Assembly: GCA_964631965.1 (NCBI GenBank)
Contig: CAZWAR010000002.1
Location: 6,207-70,206 of the forward strand
DNA from: an uncultured Gaiellales bacterium
Lineage (GTDB): Bacteria > Actinomycetota > Thermoleophilia > RBG-16-64-13
Direction of reading: 5' to 3'
Length of the DNA stretch: 64,000 bases
This document shows, in pieces, positions 47,816-57,624 of this stretch. Every line of letters starts with the position of its first letter. Position 1 is the stretch's first letter. The position numbers were made by a program, and so were the translations under genes. The notes under the pieces were generated by a model. That model worked only from the letters and a program-made list of their open reading frames with translations. It was not told the DNA's origin and made no database searches.

Positions 47816-48845
47816 CGTCCTGTCCGCCCGCGGTCATCAGGTAGCCTTCTGCGGCACCGAGCGAGGGATGGAGAAGGACCTGGTGCCCAGGGCCGGCTAT
47901 CCCTTCTCCCTGGTGCGCATCCGCGGCTTTCAGCGAAAGGTGGGGTTGTCCACCCTGCGAACACTGGGCTCGATACCGCTGGCGGGCATCGACTCCTGGA
48001 AGCTGCTCCGGGCGTTCAAACCCCATTGTGTGGTGGGGGTCGGGGCCTACGCGTCAGGGCCTGTCGTGGCCGAGGCTGCGGTCAAGGGGGTCCCGGCGGT
48101 GGCAGTGGAGATGGATGCCCACATGGGGATCACGAATCGCATCCTCAGCAGGCTGGTGGACAAGGTATGTCTGTCGTTTCCACGGCCGGACGCGGACGAC
48201 GAGAAATTCGTGTATACGGGAAGGCCGCTCCGACCAGGGATGCTTGCCGCCACCCGCGACCAGGGTTTGGCCCGGTTCCACCTGGATGGAGGGCGGGCGG
48301 TGCTGGTGGTCTTCGGGGGCAGTCTCGGGTCTCGGACCCTCAACCAGGCGACCACCAAGGCCTTCGCCCAGCGGAAGACGCCCTTCCAGATCCTGCACGT
48401 GACGGGGGAACGTGAATACTCGGCGGTGGCCGGCCTGCTGGCCGAGGGGGGGGCCAACAAGGATTACCAGGCCTTTCCTTTCCTGGACGATTTTCCCCTG
48501 GCGCTCGCCGCAGCCGATGCAGTCGTGGGTCGTGCCGGTGGCTCCGTGGCGGAGATACTGGCCCGGGGGGTGCCGTCGCTGCTCGTTCCCTACCCGCTGG
48601 CCGCCGGGGACCATCAGACCGTGAACGCGAAGATGGTGGCGGAGGAAGGCGCCGCTCTCTACATTCCCGACGCAGAGTTGGATGAGAACCGGTTGGCCGA
48701 GGCGGTGTCCACTCTCCTCGACGCCGACACCAACCGGAGGATGCGAGCGGCGGCCTTGCGTCTCGCCCGCCCGGACGCAGCCGACCGCATCGCCGACGTC
48801 GTAGTAGAATTGGTCGCCGCGCATGCGGAGAGGGGCCATGAGTGA
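47748..48845 (+). CDS. murG: undecaprenyldiphospho-muramoylpentapeptide beta-N-acetylglucosaminyltransferase
   Basis: GGGTAGHVVPALA N-terminal G-loop, GT-B fold; AGGGGTGAGG Shine-Dalgarno. Confidence 0.92.
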   Translation: MSRILIAGGGTAGHVVPALALADVLSARGHQVAFCGTERGMEKDLVPRAGYPFSLVRIRGFQRKVGLSTLRTLGSIPLAGIDSWKLLRAFKPHCVVGVGAYASGPVVAEAAVKGVPAVAVEMDAHMGITNRILSRLVDKVCLSFPRPDADDEKFVYTGRPLRPGMLAATRDQGLARFHLDGGRAVLVVFGGSLGSRTLNQATTKAFAQRKTPFQILHVTGEREYSAVAGLLAEGGANKDYQAFPFLDDFPLALAAADAVVGRAGGSVAEILARGVPSLLVPYPLAAGDHQTVNAKMVAEEGAALYIPDAELDENRLAEAVSTLLDADTNRRMRAAALRLARPDAADRIADVVVELVAAHAERGHE

Positions 48846-50244
48846 GCTAGAGACCGATACCATCAGTGTTCCCGCGCCCGACGGGCTGCGGAGTCTTCAT
48901 TTCATAGGCATAGGCGGAGCCGGGATGAGCGGTATCGCCATGGTCCTGCACAGAAGAGGCTATCGGGTCACCGGTTCCGACCTGAAATCCTCCCGCTACG
49001 TCAGCCTCTTGGAGGATGCCGGTATCCCCGTCGCCATCGGTCACCGGGCCGGTAACCTCGATGGGCCCGACGTGGTCGTCATCTCTTCAGCCATCCCCGC
49101 GCACAATGTCGAACTATCGGAGGCCCGCCGCCGCGGCATGACGATTGTTCGCCGGGCACAGGCGCTCGCCTGGCTCATGCAGTCGGGTAGGGGAATAGCC
49201 GTCTGCGGCACTCACGGCAAGACCACCACCACGTCGATGATCACCCGGGTGCTGGTCGACGCCGGCTACGACCCCACTTTCCTCGTGGGGGGCGAGTTGA
49301 ACGACCTGGGCTCGAACGCGCGCCACGGGGATGGCGAGTTCGTGGTCTGCGAAGCGGACGAGTCCGATGGCTCTCTACTGCTGCTCGGCCCGGAAGTGGT
49401 CGTGCTCACGAACATGGAACTCGATCACCACAGCCACTACCTTCATGTGGAGGACGTCGAGCGGATATTCAAACGCTTCACCGGCAAGTTGCCGCCCCAT
49501 GGATTGTTCGTCTACTTCGCAGGAGATCCGCGGGTGGCGGCGCTCGCCGGGACGGTTCCCTGCCGGGCGGTCTCCTACGGGCTCGATGGAAGCGGCGCCG
49601 ACTACCAGGCCCGGGCCATTGTCCCTGAAGGCTCCGGCAGCCGGTTCGAGGTGTGGAACGGCGAGACGAAGCTCGCAGACGTGGCCCTCAGGGTGCCCGG
49701 TCGGCACAATGTTCTGAACGCGCTGGCCTGTTTCGCCACTCTGCACCGCCTGGGTGTGGCGCCCCACCGTATCGTTGCTCCTCTGAAAGGCTTCAGCGGC
49801 GCCGTCAGGCGCTTTCAGCTCAAGGGCGAGCGGGACGGGGTCACGGTGGTGGACGACTACGCGCACCATCCCACCGAATTGCGGGCCACACTTTCGGCGG
49901 CCAGAGACGGCGCCTGGTCCCGGGTGATCGCGGTCTTCCAGCCCCATCTCTACTCGCGCACTGAATTCCTGCAGGCCGAGTTCGCTGAAGCCCTGCTCGA
50001 GGCCGACGTGGCCGTTGTCACCGAAGTGTACGGAGCACGGGAGGAGCCCTTGCCGGGTGTCAGCGGCAAGCTCATCGTGGACGGCATCCTGCGGCTGCAG
50101 AAGAGCAAGCCGGTGGTGTATCTGCCGCGTCTCGGCTCCATCGTGGACTACCTCGATCAGGCCACCATGCCGGGAGACCTCGTCCTGACTCTGGGGGCGG
50201 GAGACGTGCATAGGGTGGGGGAACACTTCCTGTCGCCGGCTTGA
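48823..50244 (+). CDS. murC: UDP-N-acetylmuramate--L-alanine ligase
   Basis: GIGGAGMSGIA Rossmann motif, GTHGKTTTTSM P-loop. Confidence 0.92.
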   Translation: MRRGAMSELETDTISVPAPDGLRSLHFIGIGGAGMSGIAMVLHRRGYRVTGSDLKSSRYVSLLEDAGIPVAIGHRAGNLDGPDVVVISSAIPAHNVELSEARRRGMTIVRRAQALAWLMQSGRGIAVCGTHGKTTTTSMITRVLVDAGYDPTFLVGGELNDLGSNARHGDGEFVVCEADESDGSLLLLGPEVVVLTNMELDHHSHYLHVEDVERIFKRFTGKLPPHGLFVYFAGDPRVAALAGTVPCRAVSYGLDGSGADYQARAIVPEGSGSRFEVWNGETKLADVALRVPGRHNVLNALACFATLHRLGVAPHRIVAPLKGFSGAVRRFQLKGERDGVTVVDDYAHHPTELRATLSAARDGAWSRVIAVFQPHLYSRTEFLQAEFAEALLEADVAVVTEVYGAREEPLPGVSGKLIVDGILRLQKSKPVVYLPRLGSIVDYLDQATMPGDLVLTLGAGDVHRVGEHFLSPA

Positions 50245-51254
50245 AAGAGACCGCCATGGTTGACATGCGCGCACTCGCCGCCCGGTTGCGGGATCTCGAC
50301 AGTGTCCGGTTGTGGACCGGCGCTCCGATGGCGCCCTTCACCACCATCGGCACCGGCGGCAAGGCAGGGCTGCTGGTAACCGTGGGCACAGCCGAAGCCC
50401 TGACGGAGGCCCTGGCGGCGGTGGCTGACGCCGGCGCCGAGTGGTTCTGCCTCGGAGCCGGGTCGAACCTGCTGGTGGCCGACCGGGGATACAAAGGAGT
50501 GGTCATCAAGCTCGATGAGACTTTCCAATACGTGGAAGGTCTTCCGGCTGAGCCTCTCGTCGCCGGGCCCGGGTGCCGGCCTGTGCTGCTGACCGTCGGC
50601 GCGGGCGCCTACCTCGCCCGCCTTGCCGCTGTGGTGGCTGAAGCGGGTTTGTCGGGCATGGAACACGCGTGTGGCATTCCCGGATCGGTGGGAGGCGCGG
50701 TTGCCATGAACGCCGGTGCTTACGGATGGTCCATGCGCGACGTCCTTCGCGAGGTCCAGATCGCTACGGGCTCAGGTGTGCGCTGGGTGCCGGCCGGAGA
50801 ATTGGGGTGGGGCTACCGCTACTGCCGCTTGCCCGAACGCTCGGTGGTCACCGCGGTACGCATGGAACTGCTGCCGGCCGACTGCGACGCCGTTCTGGAG
50901 TGCCAGCGGGGATACCTGCGCCAGCGTCGGGAGAAGCAGCCCCGCTCTGTCCGCACGTTCGGCAGCACCTTCAAGAATCCGCCAGGACACCACGCAGGCA
51001 GGCTGGTGGAGGCGGCCGGCCTCAAAGGACTCCGCCGTGGCGGCGCCGAAGTATCCACCGTCCACGGCAACTTCCTCGTCAACCACGGGGACGCCACGAC
51101 CGCGGACGTGCTGGCGCTGATGGTGTTGATGCGACAGGGAGTGGAACGCGTGAGCGGGATCGTCCTCGAACCGGAAGTGAAGTTGCTGGGTACCTCGTTC
51201 CCCTGGGATCCCCAGGCTGGCCGGGCGTCCGATCAGCCGGCGGGCGATGGATAA
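50241..51254 (+). CDS. murB: UDP-N-acetylenolpyruvoylglucosamine reductase
   Basis: FAD-binding domain (TTIGTGGKAGLLV, LGAGSNLLV), NAGAYG substrate-domain motif. Confidence 0.88.
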   Translation: MKETAMVDMRALAARLRDLDSVRLWTGAPMAPFTTIGTGGKAGLLVTVGTAEALTEALAAVADAGAEWFCLGAGSNLLVADRGYKGVVIKLDETFQYVEGLPAEPLVAGPGCRPVLLTVGAGAYLARLAAVVAEAGLSGMEHACGIPGSVGGAVAMNAGAYGWSMRDVLREVQIATGSGVRWVPAGELGWGYRYCRLPERSVVTAVRMELLPADCDAVLECQRGYLRQRREKQPRSVRTFGSTFKNPPGHHAGRLVEAAGLKGLRRGGAEVSTVHGNFLVNHGDATTADVLALMVLMRQGVERVSGIVLEPEVKLLGTSFPWDPQAGRASDQPAGDG

Positions 51255-52017
51255 GAGACTTCGCGAACGGCGCCGCCAGGTCAATCGGGAGCGCGGACGC
51301 CGGCGGGGCGGCCTCATATTCCTCGGTGCGCTCGTCCTGCTGGCGGTTGTCGCCTTTCTGTGGCTGCGCTCGTCCTCCGTGTTCGCGGTGCAGCAGGTGA
51401 CCGCGAGCGTCACCCAGCACGTGACAGAGCAGCAGATCGCGGAAGCGGTGGCCCCCGCCCGAGGGGTGAGCCTGCTCAAGCTGTCGACGAAAGATATCGA
51501 GAAGCGGCTCTCCGAACTGCCGTACGTCAAAGAGATCCACGTCTACCGACGGTTCCCGGATGGGCTGGATGTGCGGGTCGTGGAGCGAGAGCCTATCGCC
51601 CGGGTGGAGACCGGGGGCCGGACCTGGTTGGTGTCGGGTGACGGGCGTCTACTCGAGAAGGTGAGCAAAGAGTCGTTCATGAGCCTGCCCCTCGTCGTGG
51701 GTTCGGGTGAGTTCGAAGCCAGAACTGGTGACCGCATCCCTCAGACGATGGTCGGCGCTCTGTCGGTGGCCACGTTGCTCGAGACGGAGGACATGATCTC
51801 CCGATTGCCGGCTCTGGATCGGATCTCGGTGGGTTCTGGTGGCGCGGTGGTTGTGCATCTCGACGGCGGTACCGAACTGCGTCTGGGCGAGCCGACCGAT
51901 ATCAAGCAGAAGATGATGGATGCTGCGGTAATCATCGAGAAGTACTTGAGGGTTGGGAAGTCCCTGGAATACGTGGATGCAAGTGCCGGAGACCGCTTGT
52001 ATGCCAAGGAGAATTGA
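51247..52017 (+). CDS. ftsQ: cell division protein FtsQ/DivIB
   Basis: Arg-rich N-terminus, single TM, POTRA domain; directly upstream of ftsZ. Confidence 0.85.
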   Translation: MDKRLRERRRQVNRERGRRRGGLIFLGALVLLAVVAFLWLRSSSVFAVQQVTASVTQHVTEQQIAEAVAPARGVSLLKLSTKDIEKRLSELPYVKEIHVYRRFPDGLDVRVVEREPIARVETGGRTWLVSGDGRLLEKVSKESFMSLPLVVGSGEFEARTGDRIPQTMVGALSVATLLETEDMISRLPALDRISVGSGGAVVVHLDGGTELRLGEPTDIKQKMMDAAVIIEKYLRVGKSLEYVDASAGDRLYAKEN

Positions 52018-52160
52018 ACATGGTACCCTGCGTTTTGAAGGAGATTCCGGTTCTTGCGCGTAATGTCGGATGAACACACTGTCGAGTGTAGATAGAGGGC
52101 TTTTCACCAAGACTCAAGTTGGAGTCCTGTGATTTGGCTGATCTTGGAGGTTCGAGGACT

Positions 52161-53324
52161 ATGACTGACATGGGATCCAGCTACCTGGCGGTCATCAAAG
52201 TGGTCGGCGTCGGCGGGGGCGGCACGAACGCCGTCAATCGCATGGTCGATGCCGGTCTCAAGGGGGTCGAGTTCATCGCGGTCAACACCGACGCCCAAGC
52301 CCTGCTCATGTGCGACGCCGACGTGAAGCTGCACATCGGGGGCAAGATCACCCGCGGGCTCGGGGCGGGAGCGAACCCGGAGGTCGGCAAGGCTGCCGCA
52401 GAGGAGAGCCGAGACGAGATCAGGGAGATTCTCAAGGGCGCCGACATGGTGTTTGTGACCGCGGGCAAAGGGGGCGGCACCGGCACCGGTGGGGCTCCTG
52501 TCATAGCCGAGGTCGCCCGCGAACTGGGGGCGCTGACGGTGGGAGTGGTGACCAAGCCCTTCAGTTTCGAAGGCCGCAAGCGCGCGAGCCAGGCTGAAGC
52601 CGGCATTGAACAGTTGGCCAGGAAGGTCGACACTCTCATCATCATCCCCAACGACCGTCTGCTGCAGGTGGTCGAGAAGCGCACGTCGATCATCGAGGCG
52701 TTCAAGGTCGCCGATGACGTGCTCCGCCAGGGGGTGCAGGGCATCACCGACCTCATCACCGTCCCTGGGCTCATCAACCTCGACTTCGCCGACGTGCGCA
52801 CCATCATGAAGAGTGCCGGCTCCGCCCTTATGGGCATCGGCGCGGCGAGCGGCGAGAATCGTGGTGTGGAGGCGGCTCGTATGGCCATTTCTTCTCCGCT
52901 GCTGGAATCGTCGATCGAAGGGGCGACGGGTATCCTCCTCAACATCAGCGGCGGCCCGGACATGGGTCTGTTCGAGGTCAACGAGGCTGCGGAGATCATT
53001 TCCAACGCGGCCGACTCCGAGGCCAACGTCATATTCGGCGCCGTCATCGACGAATCTCTGGGCGAGCAGATGAGGGTCACGGTAATCGCCACGGGGTTCG
53101 ATCGCCAGCGTAGGGCCGACGCGGAAGCCGACAGGTCGGTGGAGCGCTCCGAGATGGACCGGATCTCGGGGGAGAGGCCATTCGTGCATCATGCCCCGGC
53201 CGAGCGCCCGGCGGCCGGGCGCGAGTCCGGAACTACGCCGGAGATCGTCCCGCAGAAGAGCAACACCTTCGACATGGACGACGACGTTCTCGAGATCCCT
53301 CGCTTCCTGCGCGACAAGGACTGA
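52161..53324 (+). CDS. ftsZ: cell division GTPase FtsZ
   Basis: [17 protein letters not shown] tubulin signature GGGTGTG, T7 loop NLDFADV; ATG 52161 downstream of GGAGG (ORF open from 52119). Confidence 0.93.
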   Translation: MTDMGSSYLAVIKVVGVGGGGTNAVNRMVDAGLKGVEFIAVNTDAQALLMCDADVKLHIGGKITRGLGAGANPEVGKAAAEESRDEIREILKGADMVFVTAGKGGGTGTGGAPVIAEVARELGALTVGVVTKPFSFEGRKRASQAEAGIEQLARKVDTLIIIPNDRLLQVVEKRTSIIEAFKVADDVLRQGVQGITDLITVPGLINLDFADVRTIMKSAGSALMGIGAASGENRGVEAARMAISSPLLESSIEGATGILLNISGGPDMGLFEVNEAAEIISNAADSEANVIFGAVIDESLGEQMRVTVIATGFDRQRRADAEADRSVERSEMDRISGERPFVHHAPAERPAAGRESGTTPEIVPQKSNTFDMDDDVLEIPRFLRDKD

Positions 53325-53357
53325 CGGTCGCGCGGTGCACGAGGAGAGCGCGGCCCG

Positions 53358-54182
53358 ATGATGGCGGCGCTGGAAGAGAGGATCCACCCTGAGGCACGGC
53401 CCCGGTTCGCAGTCCGGATGGTCGGGGAGACCCCTGTGTTCGAACCCCTGCTTCCCCGTCCCTTCCGCGCGTACTTCACCACCCGTCTCGGTGGGGGAAG
53501 TACGGGCCGGTTCGCTACCATGAACCTCGATCACCGGTCTGCAGACGAAGACCCTTCGGTCGCGGCGAACCGGGAGCGGATCGCCGGGGACACAGCCCGG
53601 CGGCTGGTCAGTCCTCGCCAGGTGCACGGCCTGAGGGTGGTAGGCGGAGCGGAGTATGCAGAGGCCACGGAAGTGGAAGGGGTGGAGCCGGAGCCCTGCG
53701 ATGGGTTGACACTCCATCCGCTCATCGACAGCGAGCTTGCCGCCGTGCTCCTGTTCGCCGACTGCCTACCCGTAGTGCTGTGCGGCGAGGTGGACATGGC
53801 CGTGGCCCACGGAGGGTGGCGGGGAATTCTTGGCGGCATCGTACAGCAGGCCGGGACGGCAATGATCGGGCCTCCGGGGGCGGCGATCATCGGACCGAGT
53901 ATCGGTCCTTGCTGCTTCACGGTCGGTGAGGATGTGGCCGCTGCGTTCGAGGAGCGCTTCGGATCGACCGTGGTGCTGGAGCCTCGAGAACCCGAGGGGG
54001 CTCCGAGGGTGGATCTGTGGGAGGCCGCTGCTCTCGCACTGGTCGAGACAGGAGTGCCCCGCGCGGCCGTCGTCAACCCTCGCCTGTGCACTGTGTGTCA
54101 TAGCGACCTGTTTTACTCTTACCGGCTGGAGGGGCCGGTCACGGGGCGCCACGGATGCGTGGCCTGGGCGGGGGCGGCATGA
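53358..54182 (+). CDS. pgeF: peptidoglycan editing factor PgeF (YfiH/DUF152, purine nucleoside phosphorylase/laccase-domain family)
   Basis: DUF152 motifs (ADCLPVVL, HGGWRG) and conserved position after ftsZ. Confidence 0.85.
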   Translation: MMAALEERIHPEARPRFAVRMVGETPVFEPLLPRPFRAYFTTRLGGGSTGRFATMNLDHRSADEDPSVAANRERIAGDTARRLVSPRQVHGLRVVGGAEYAEATEVEGVEPEPCDGLTLHPLIDSELAAVLLFADCLPVVLCGEVDMAVAHGGWRGILGGIVQQAGTAMIGPPGAAIIGPSIGPCCFTVGEDVAAAFEERFGSTVVLEPREPEGAPRVDLWEAAALALVETGVPRAAVVNPRLCTVCHSDLFYSYRLEGPVTGRHGCVAWAGAA

Positions 54183-54865
54183 TACCCGGTGCCGACGTAG
54201 TGCGGGCCAATCTGGCCATGGTAGAGGAGCGCATCGGGGCGGCCTGTTCGCGGGTGCGGCGCGGGGCGCCTCCGCGGGTGCTCATGGCCTCGAAATACGT
54301 GCCTCTTGAAGACATGGGGATCCTCGTCGAGGCAGGAATCCGGCTCGTGGGGGAGAACAGGGCAGAGGGATTGGAGGGGAAGTGGGCTCGATGGAACGAG
54401 CGTCTCGAGTTCCACTTCATCGGGCATCTGCAGAGCCGGAAGGCAAAGCAGGTCGTTCCCTACGTCACTTTGATCCACTCGGTCGAGTCCCTCTCGCTGG
54501 TGGAGGAGTTGGATAGAAGAACGGAGGCAGAGGTGCAGGTGCTCCTGGAGGTTAACGTGAGCGGGGAAGAGAGCAAATATGGTATTCTCCCGGCGGCCGC
54601 GGAGACCTTTCTGGAGCGGGCGTCGGCCCATCGGCGGGTCCAGTTCACCGGGTTGATGACGATGGCTCCGTTGACCTCGGACCCGCAGTCCACCCGCCCC
54701 TACTTCAGAGAGTTACGCGAGCTCCGTGACCGTTTGGCTGTCGCCTTTACCGGCCGCTACGAGCTCACCGAGCTGTCGATGGGGATGAGCAACGATTACG
54801 AAGTGGCTGTAGAGGAAGGTGCGACCATCGTGAGGATCGGAAGCGCGCTTCTCTCCGACGCATAA
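54155..54865 (+). CDS. yggS: PLP-homeostasis protein YggS/YlmE (alanine-racemase-fold PLP-binding)
   Basis: MASKYV...GHLQSRKAK motif with PLP-binding Lys context; conserved position. Confidence 0.85.
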   Translation: MRGLGGGGMIPGADVVRANLAMVEERIGAACSRVRRGAPPRVLMASKYVPLEDMGILVEAGIRLVGENRAEGLEGKWARWNERLEFHFIGHLQSRKAKQVVPYVTLIHSVESLSLVEELDRRTEAEVQVLLEVNVSGEESKYGILPAAAETFLERASAHRRVQFTGLMTMAPLTSDPQSTRPYFRELRELRDRLAVAFTGRYELTELSMGMSNDYEVAVEEGATIVRIGSALLSDA

Positions 54866-54875
54866 GGAGGACGGG

Positions 54876-55442
54876 ATGGCCGGGTTGTGGCACAAGACGC
54901 TTGTGTATTTCGGGCTCGCCGACGAGGATGACGAGTACTACTACGACGACGAGCCGCCGATGCAACCGCATCAGACGGACTTGGAGTCCACATACAGGCA
55001 GCGGGCCAACGTTCGGCGGATTGAGACGACTCCCAGACGCCGGGGGGGGTCGGAGTTCGACGATATCTTCTCCGAGGGTGACTACCGGGGGTCGTCGCGG
55101 TCTGGTTCGCTGTCCTCCACCCGCACGCCGCCTGTCCGCGCGGTGCCGAACGCCTCCGAACAGCCGGTGCGTGTACACCTGGTGGTGCCGAAGAACTTCA
55201 ACGATGCGCAGATCATCGCCGACAAATTCAAGGGGGACGTCCCGGTAATCCTCAATCTGCAGCAGAGCGAGACGGAGCTCTCCAAACGGCTGATCGACTT
55301 TGCCAGTGGGCTCACCTACGCGCTGGACGGCGGGATGCAGCGAGTGGCCGACAAGGTGTTCCTGCTCACGCCGAAGAACGTCGAGGTCTCGGCCGAGGAG
55401 CGGCAGCGACTCCTCGAAAAGGGCTTCTTCAACCAGTACTAG
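54876..55442 (+). CDS. sepF: cell division protein SepF
   Basis: N-terminal MAGLWHKTLVYFGL membrane-binding helix, acidic/Tyr-rich linker, C-terminal SepF domain (VHLVVPKNFNDAQIIADKFKGDVPVILNL). Confidence 0.88.
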   Translation: MAGLWHKTLVYFGLADEDDEYYYDDEPPMQPHQTDLESTYRQRANVRRIETTPRRRGGSEFDDIFSEGDYRGSSRSGSLSSTRTPPVRAVPNASEQPVRVHLVVPKNFNDAQIIADKFKGDVPVILNLQQSETELSKRLIDFASGLTYALDGGMQRVADKVFLLTPKNVEVSAEERQRLLEKGFFNQY

Positions 55443-55471
55443 GGCCCGGAGGACCCGGCGCGGCGAGGACC

Positions 55472-56155
55472 ATGATCGTAGGCGTCATCGAGACCGGGGA
55501 GGCCCGGGGAAGCATCGCCGGCGCGTGGTCGCAGATCTCCGGCGCCCCCGAACTGCTCGTGGCGCCCCCGGCGCAGCCCGGCGACCTAGCGTCGGCGGAC
55601 ATTCTAATCTCCACGACCCACACGTCGCTGGCCGCTTTGCGGAGCACCGTCGGCACCGGTCCGACCCTCTTCCGGGCGGTCGTAACTTCGGGCGCCTTCC
55701 CTGGCGAAGGAATGGCCGTGGTGGCCTCGGAACCGGGGACGTCCGAGGAGGCCGTCAGTCGGGCGAGGGAGGCGCTCGCTTGGATTGGACCGGTGGAAGT
55801 CGTCGGCGAAGAGGCCTTGGACGCTTTCATCGCCCTCGCTGCCGGCGCGGCCGGTTTGCTGTGCGAGGCGCTCCAGGGACTGGAGGACGGGGCAGTTGCG
55901 GACGGCCTCCCGCAGGACATCGCCCGGCGGTTCGTTCATCGCACTACTCTGGCGACGGCGCTGCTTCTCTCCAAGGATTCCGGCTCGCCCGCCGATCTGA
56001 AGGACAGGGTGGCATCGCCGGGCGGGACCACCATCGCCGCTCTCGCCGCTCTCGAGGACGCGGGGGTGAGGGGGGCCTTTATCCGCGCCGTTCAGAGGAC
56101 GGCCGCAGAGGTGCGTGCACAGAGGGTAGGGGAACGCTTCGGCGAAGATGAGTAG
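55472..56155 (+). CDS. proC: pyrroline-5-carboxylate reductase-like protein (short, degenerate dinucleotide-binding motif)
   Basis: C-terminal ProC dimerisation domain (SPGGTTIAALAALEDAGVRGAFIRAV) and central ProC core; N-terminal GVIETGEARG deviates from GxGxxG; 227 aa versus the usual ~270. Confidence 0.65.
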   Translation: MIVGVIETGEARGSIAGAWSQISGAPELLVAPPAQPGDLASADILISTTHTSLAALRSTVGTGPTLFRAVVTSGAFPGEGMAVVASEPGTSEEAVSRAREALAWIGPVEVVGEEALDAFIALAAGAAGLLCEALQGLEDGAVADGLPQDIARRFVHRTTLATALLLSKDSGSPADLKDRVASPGGTTIAALAALEDAGVRGAFIRAVQRTAAEVRAQRVGERFGEDE

Positions 56156-56232
56156 TATGATCTGCAGAGTCCTCTAGAGGCAGGGATTCGGGCGGTCGAA
56201 ACGCGGCAGCCCCTTCCCGAAGGGAGAGCTAA

Positions 56233-57282
56233 GTGAAAGTCACCCCTCTCGATATCCGGCGGAAAGAGTTCAAACGTTCGGTTCGCGGCTACGCGGACGA
56301 AGAGGTGGACCTGTTCCTCGATGAGGTCGCAGACGAATTCGAGCGGCTGCACAAGGAGAGTGCGGAACTTCTCGAGCGGCTGCGTCGGCAAGAGGAGCAA
56401 CTTACCGGCCACCAGCAGTTGCGGGAAGCGCTCGAGAAGACGTTGGTCTCCGCTCAACTCCAGGCCGACCAGACGCGGGCGAATGCCCAGAAGGAGTCCG
56501 AAGCTCTCGTGCGGGACGCTGAGGCGAAAGCTCGGGCCGTCGTGGCCGAATCGTATACGGAAGTGCAGAGGGTCCAACAGGCTCTGGTTCAGCTCAAGCA
56601 ATTGGAGGAGGACTTCCGCTCCAAGTTCCAGTCCCTGCTGGAGGGACATCTTCGTCTGCTCGCTGAAGCCTCCCTCACGTTGCCGCGTGAGGCGGTGGCT
56701 GTCGGCTCCCCGGTGACCGGGCAGGGCTCCGCCGCGTCGGCGGAGGGGACCCCCCAGCAGCCCGGCCCTACTCCCTTCGTGGTGCCCGCCGGGCTGCGGG
56801 ACGTTCCCGAGTATCCACCGGTCCCGGTTCGGCAGGACACCGTGGACTCCCCGCAGGCTGCGCAGACTGCGGTCGCGGCGGGCCAACCTGTGGATCCCGG
56901 GGCTTCGGCCTCGCCGGCGGAGCCCGCCTCCTCTGCTCCTCCCGCGACCGAACCCGTCCAGCCGGAGCCGGCAGTCGCGCGTGTCGCGCCGGCCGGCGTG
57001 GACCCTCCCGCGCTACTGTGGGCGGCGGGTTCAGAGGCCGACGCGAACGAAGACACCAGCACCGCCGAGCAGGGGGGAGTGGAGGCAGAGGCCGACCCGA
57101 CACACAGCGAGGACGAAACCCGGGTCATGACTCCCGAGCCTGCGGCGGTTGTGGGCGACGATTCGATGACACCGGCCGGTGAAGAGGATCCGCTGCGGAG
57201 CTTCTTCTTCGCCCCCAGCCAGGACGACGCCGGCGAGTCAGGCACGGGGGGGAAGAACAAACCGCGTGACTTCGAGTGGTGA
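56233..57282 (+). CDS. divIVA: DivIVA (Wag31-like) with ~200-aa Pro/Ala/Glu-rich C-terminal extension
   Basis: N-terminal DivIVA lipid-binding/coiled-coil domain MKVTPLDIRRKEFKRSVRGYADEEVDLFLDEV; GTG start after AAGGGAGAG. Confidence 0.88.
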   Translation: MKVTPLDIRRKEFKRSVRGYADEEVDLFLDEVADEFERLHKESAELLERLRRQEEQLTGHQQLREALEKTLVSAQLQADQTRANAQKESEALVRDAEAKARAVVAESYTEVQRVQQALVQLKQLEEDFRSKFQSLLEGHLRLLAEASLTLPREAVAVGSPVTGQGSAASAEGTPQQPGPTPFVVPAGLRDVPEYPPVPVRQDTVDSPQAAQTAVAAGQPVDPGASASPAEPASSAPPATEPVQPEPAVARVAPAGVDPPALLWAAGSEADANEDTSTAEQGGVEAEADPTHSEDETRVMTPEPAAVVGDDSMTPAGEEDPLRSFFFAPSQDDAGESGTGGKNKPRDFEW

Positions 57283-57331
57283 GCAAAGGCCTCTGAGCAT
57301 CCCGAGCCTCGCCGTCCACGCCGGGGACGGC

Positions 57332-57619
57332 GTGCTGCTGGTGGGCGTGAGGGCGGTGCCCTCGGCATCGCGGACCGAGCTGAGAGGGCTCTACGGAGAC
57401 CGCCTGAAGGTTGCCGTCAACGCTCCGCCAGAAGCCGGGAAGGCCAATGCCCGTCTTGTCCAAGCGCTCTCGGAGTGGCTGGGGGTGCGGACGGAACAGA
57501 TAGAGGTGCGATCTGGCCGCAGCGGGCGCGATAAGGTGGTAGCCTTCTCGGGCATAATGGAACAAGAGTTGCGCGACAAGCTGGAAAGACTGCTCCCCGA
57601 TGGGGAGCGGCCCGGGTAG
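57332..57619 (+). CDS. yggU: DUF167/YggU family protein
   Basis: LKVAVNAPPEAGKANARLVQAL matches the YggU APPxxGxAN core. Start is uncertain: GTG 57332, GTG 57266, or non-canonical CTG 57293; the ORF-track ATG 57179 overlaps divIVA by ~100 nt. Confidence 0.55.
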   Translation: MLLVGVRAVPSASRTELRGLYGDRLKVAVNAPPEAGKANARLVQALSEWLGVRTEQIEVRSGRSGRDKVVAFSGIMEQELRDKLERLLPDGERPG

Positions 57620-57624
57620 GCCGA

